Source of the DNA: Peribolospora baueri
Lineage: Eukaryota
Direction of reading: 5' to 3'
Assembly: GCA_029717555.1 (NCBI GenBank)
Contig: JAMDHS010000062.1
Coordinates: 107,792-127,791 of the forward strand
Length of the DNA: 20,000 nucleotides
Shown: one piece after another, positions 19,793-20,000 of the stretch
How positions within the stretch are numbered: the stretch's first letter is position 1
Layout: every line of letters starts with the position of its first letter
The notes under the pieces: model-generated
What the model was told of the DNA's origin: nothing
Database searches by the model: none
The model's input: only the letters and a program-made list of their open reading frames with translations
Program-made: the position numbers and the translations under genes

Positions 19793-20000
19793 GCGAGAGG
19801 CCTGCAACCACGCGTCCGATCCGTTGCCTGGGCCAGGCAGCTTCGTGGTGGACCTTTTCGGTTCGCGACTGCACCGGACCTCTCAAAAGAATACCAGTTC
19901 AATCTGAAAGGTCAGTTTTCTCGATCTTGTCATCCTACTCTCCTCGATTCTGACGACACCGCACTCTGTACACTTGTCAGGCCTGAGCAGAATATGCTCA

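Noticed and set aside
1..20000. CRISPR arrays, tRNA/rRNA genes, transposase or reverse transcriptase ORFs
   Set aside because: None recognised; the window is a eukaryotic protein-coding region.

Overview
Intron-rich eukaryotic DNA, inferred to be from a basidiomycete fungus (many short GTGAG/GTGCG/GTAAG...YAG introns, micro-exons, fungal-type proteins). Genes in order: 5' end of MPE1 (-, runs off the left edge), head-to-head RAD14/XPA (+), an Ups2/MSF1-type PRELI gene carrying a (GAT)30 poly-Ser insertion (-), an AYR1-like SDR that needs a 5-nt micro-exon (+), AFG2/Drg1 AAA-ATPase (+), an ARN/SIT siderophore transporter with ATCWGATAA iron-GATA boxes upstream (+), and a 4-kb uninterrupted ORF (+). 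The main finding is that this last ORF has, in the right order, several motif blocks of the circadian clock protein FREQUENCY (FRQ), known mainly from filamentous ascomycetes. It has a cluster of White Collar-type GATCGA elements upstream, no recognisable FCD2 block, a coding-like in-frame continuation behind a single TGA, and a perfect 47-bp inverted repeat downstream. All homology calls are from recalled motifs, not database searches, and exon structures were assembled by hand.
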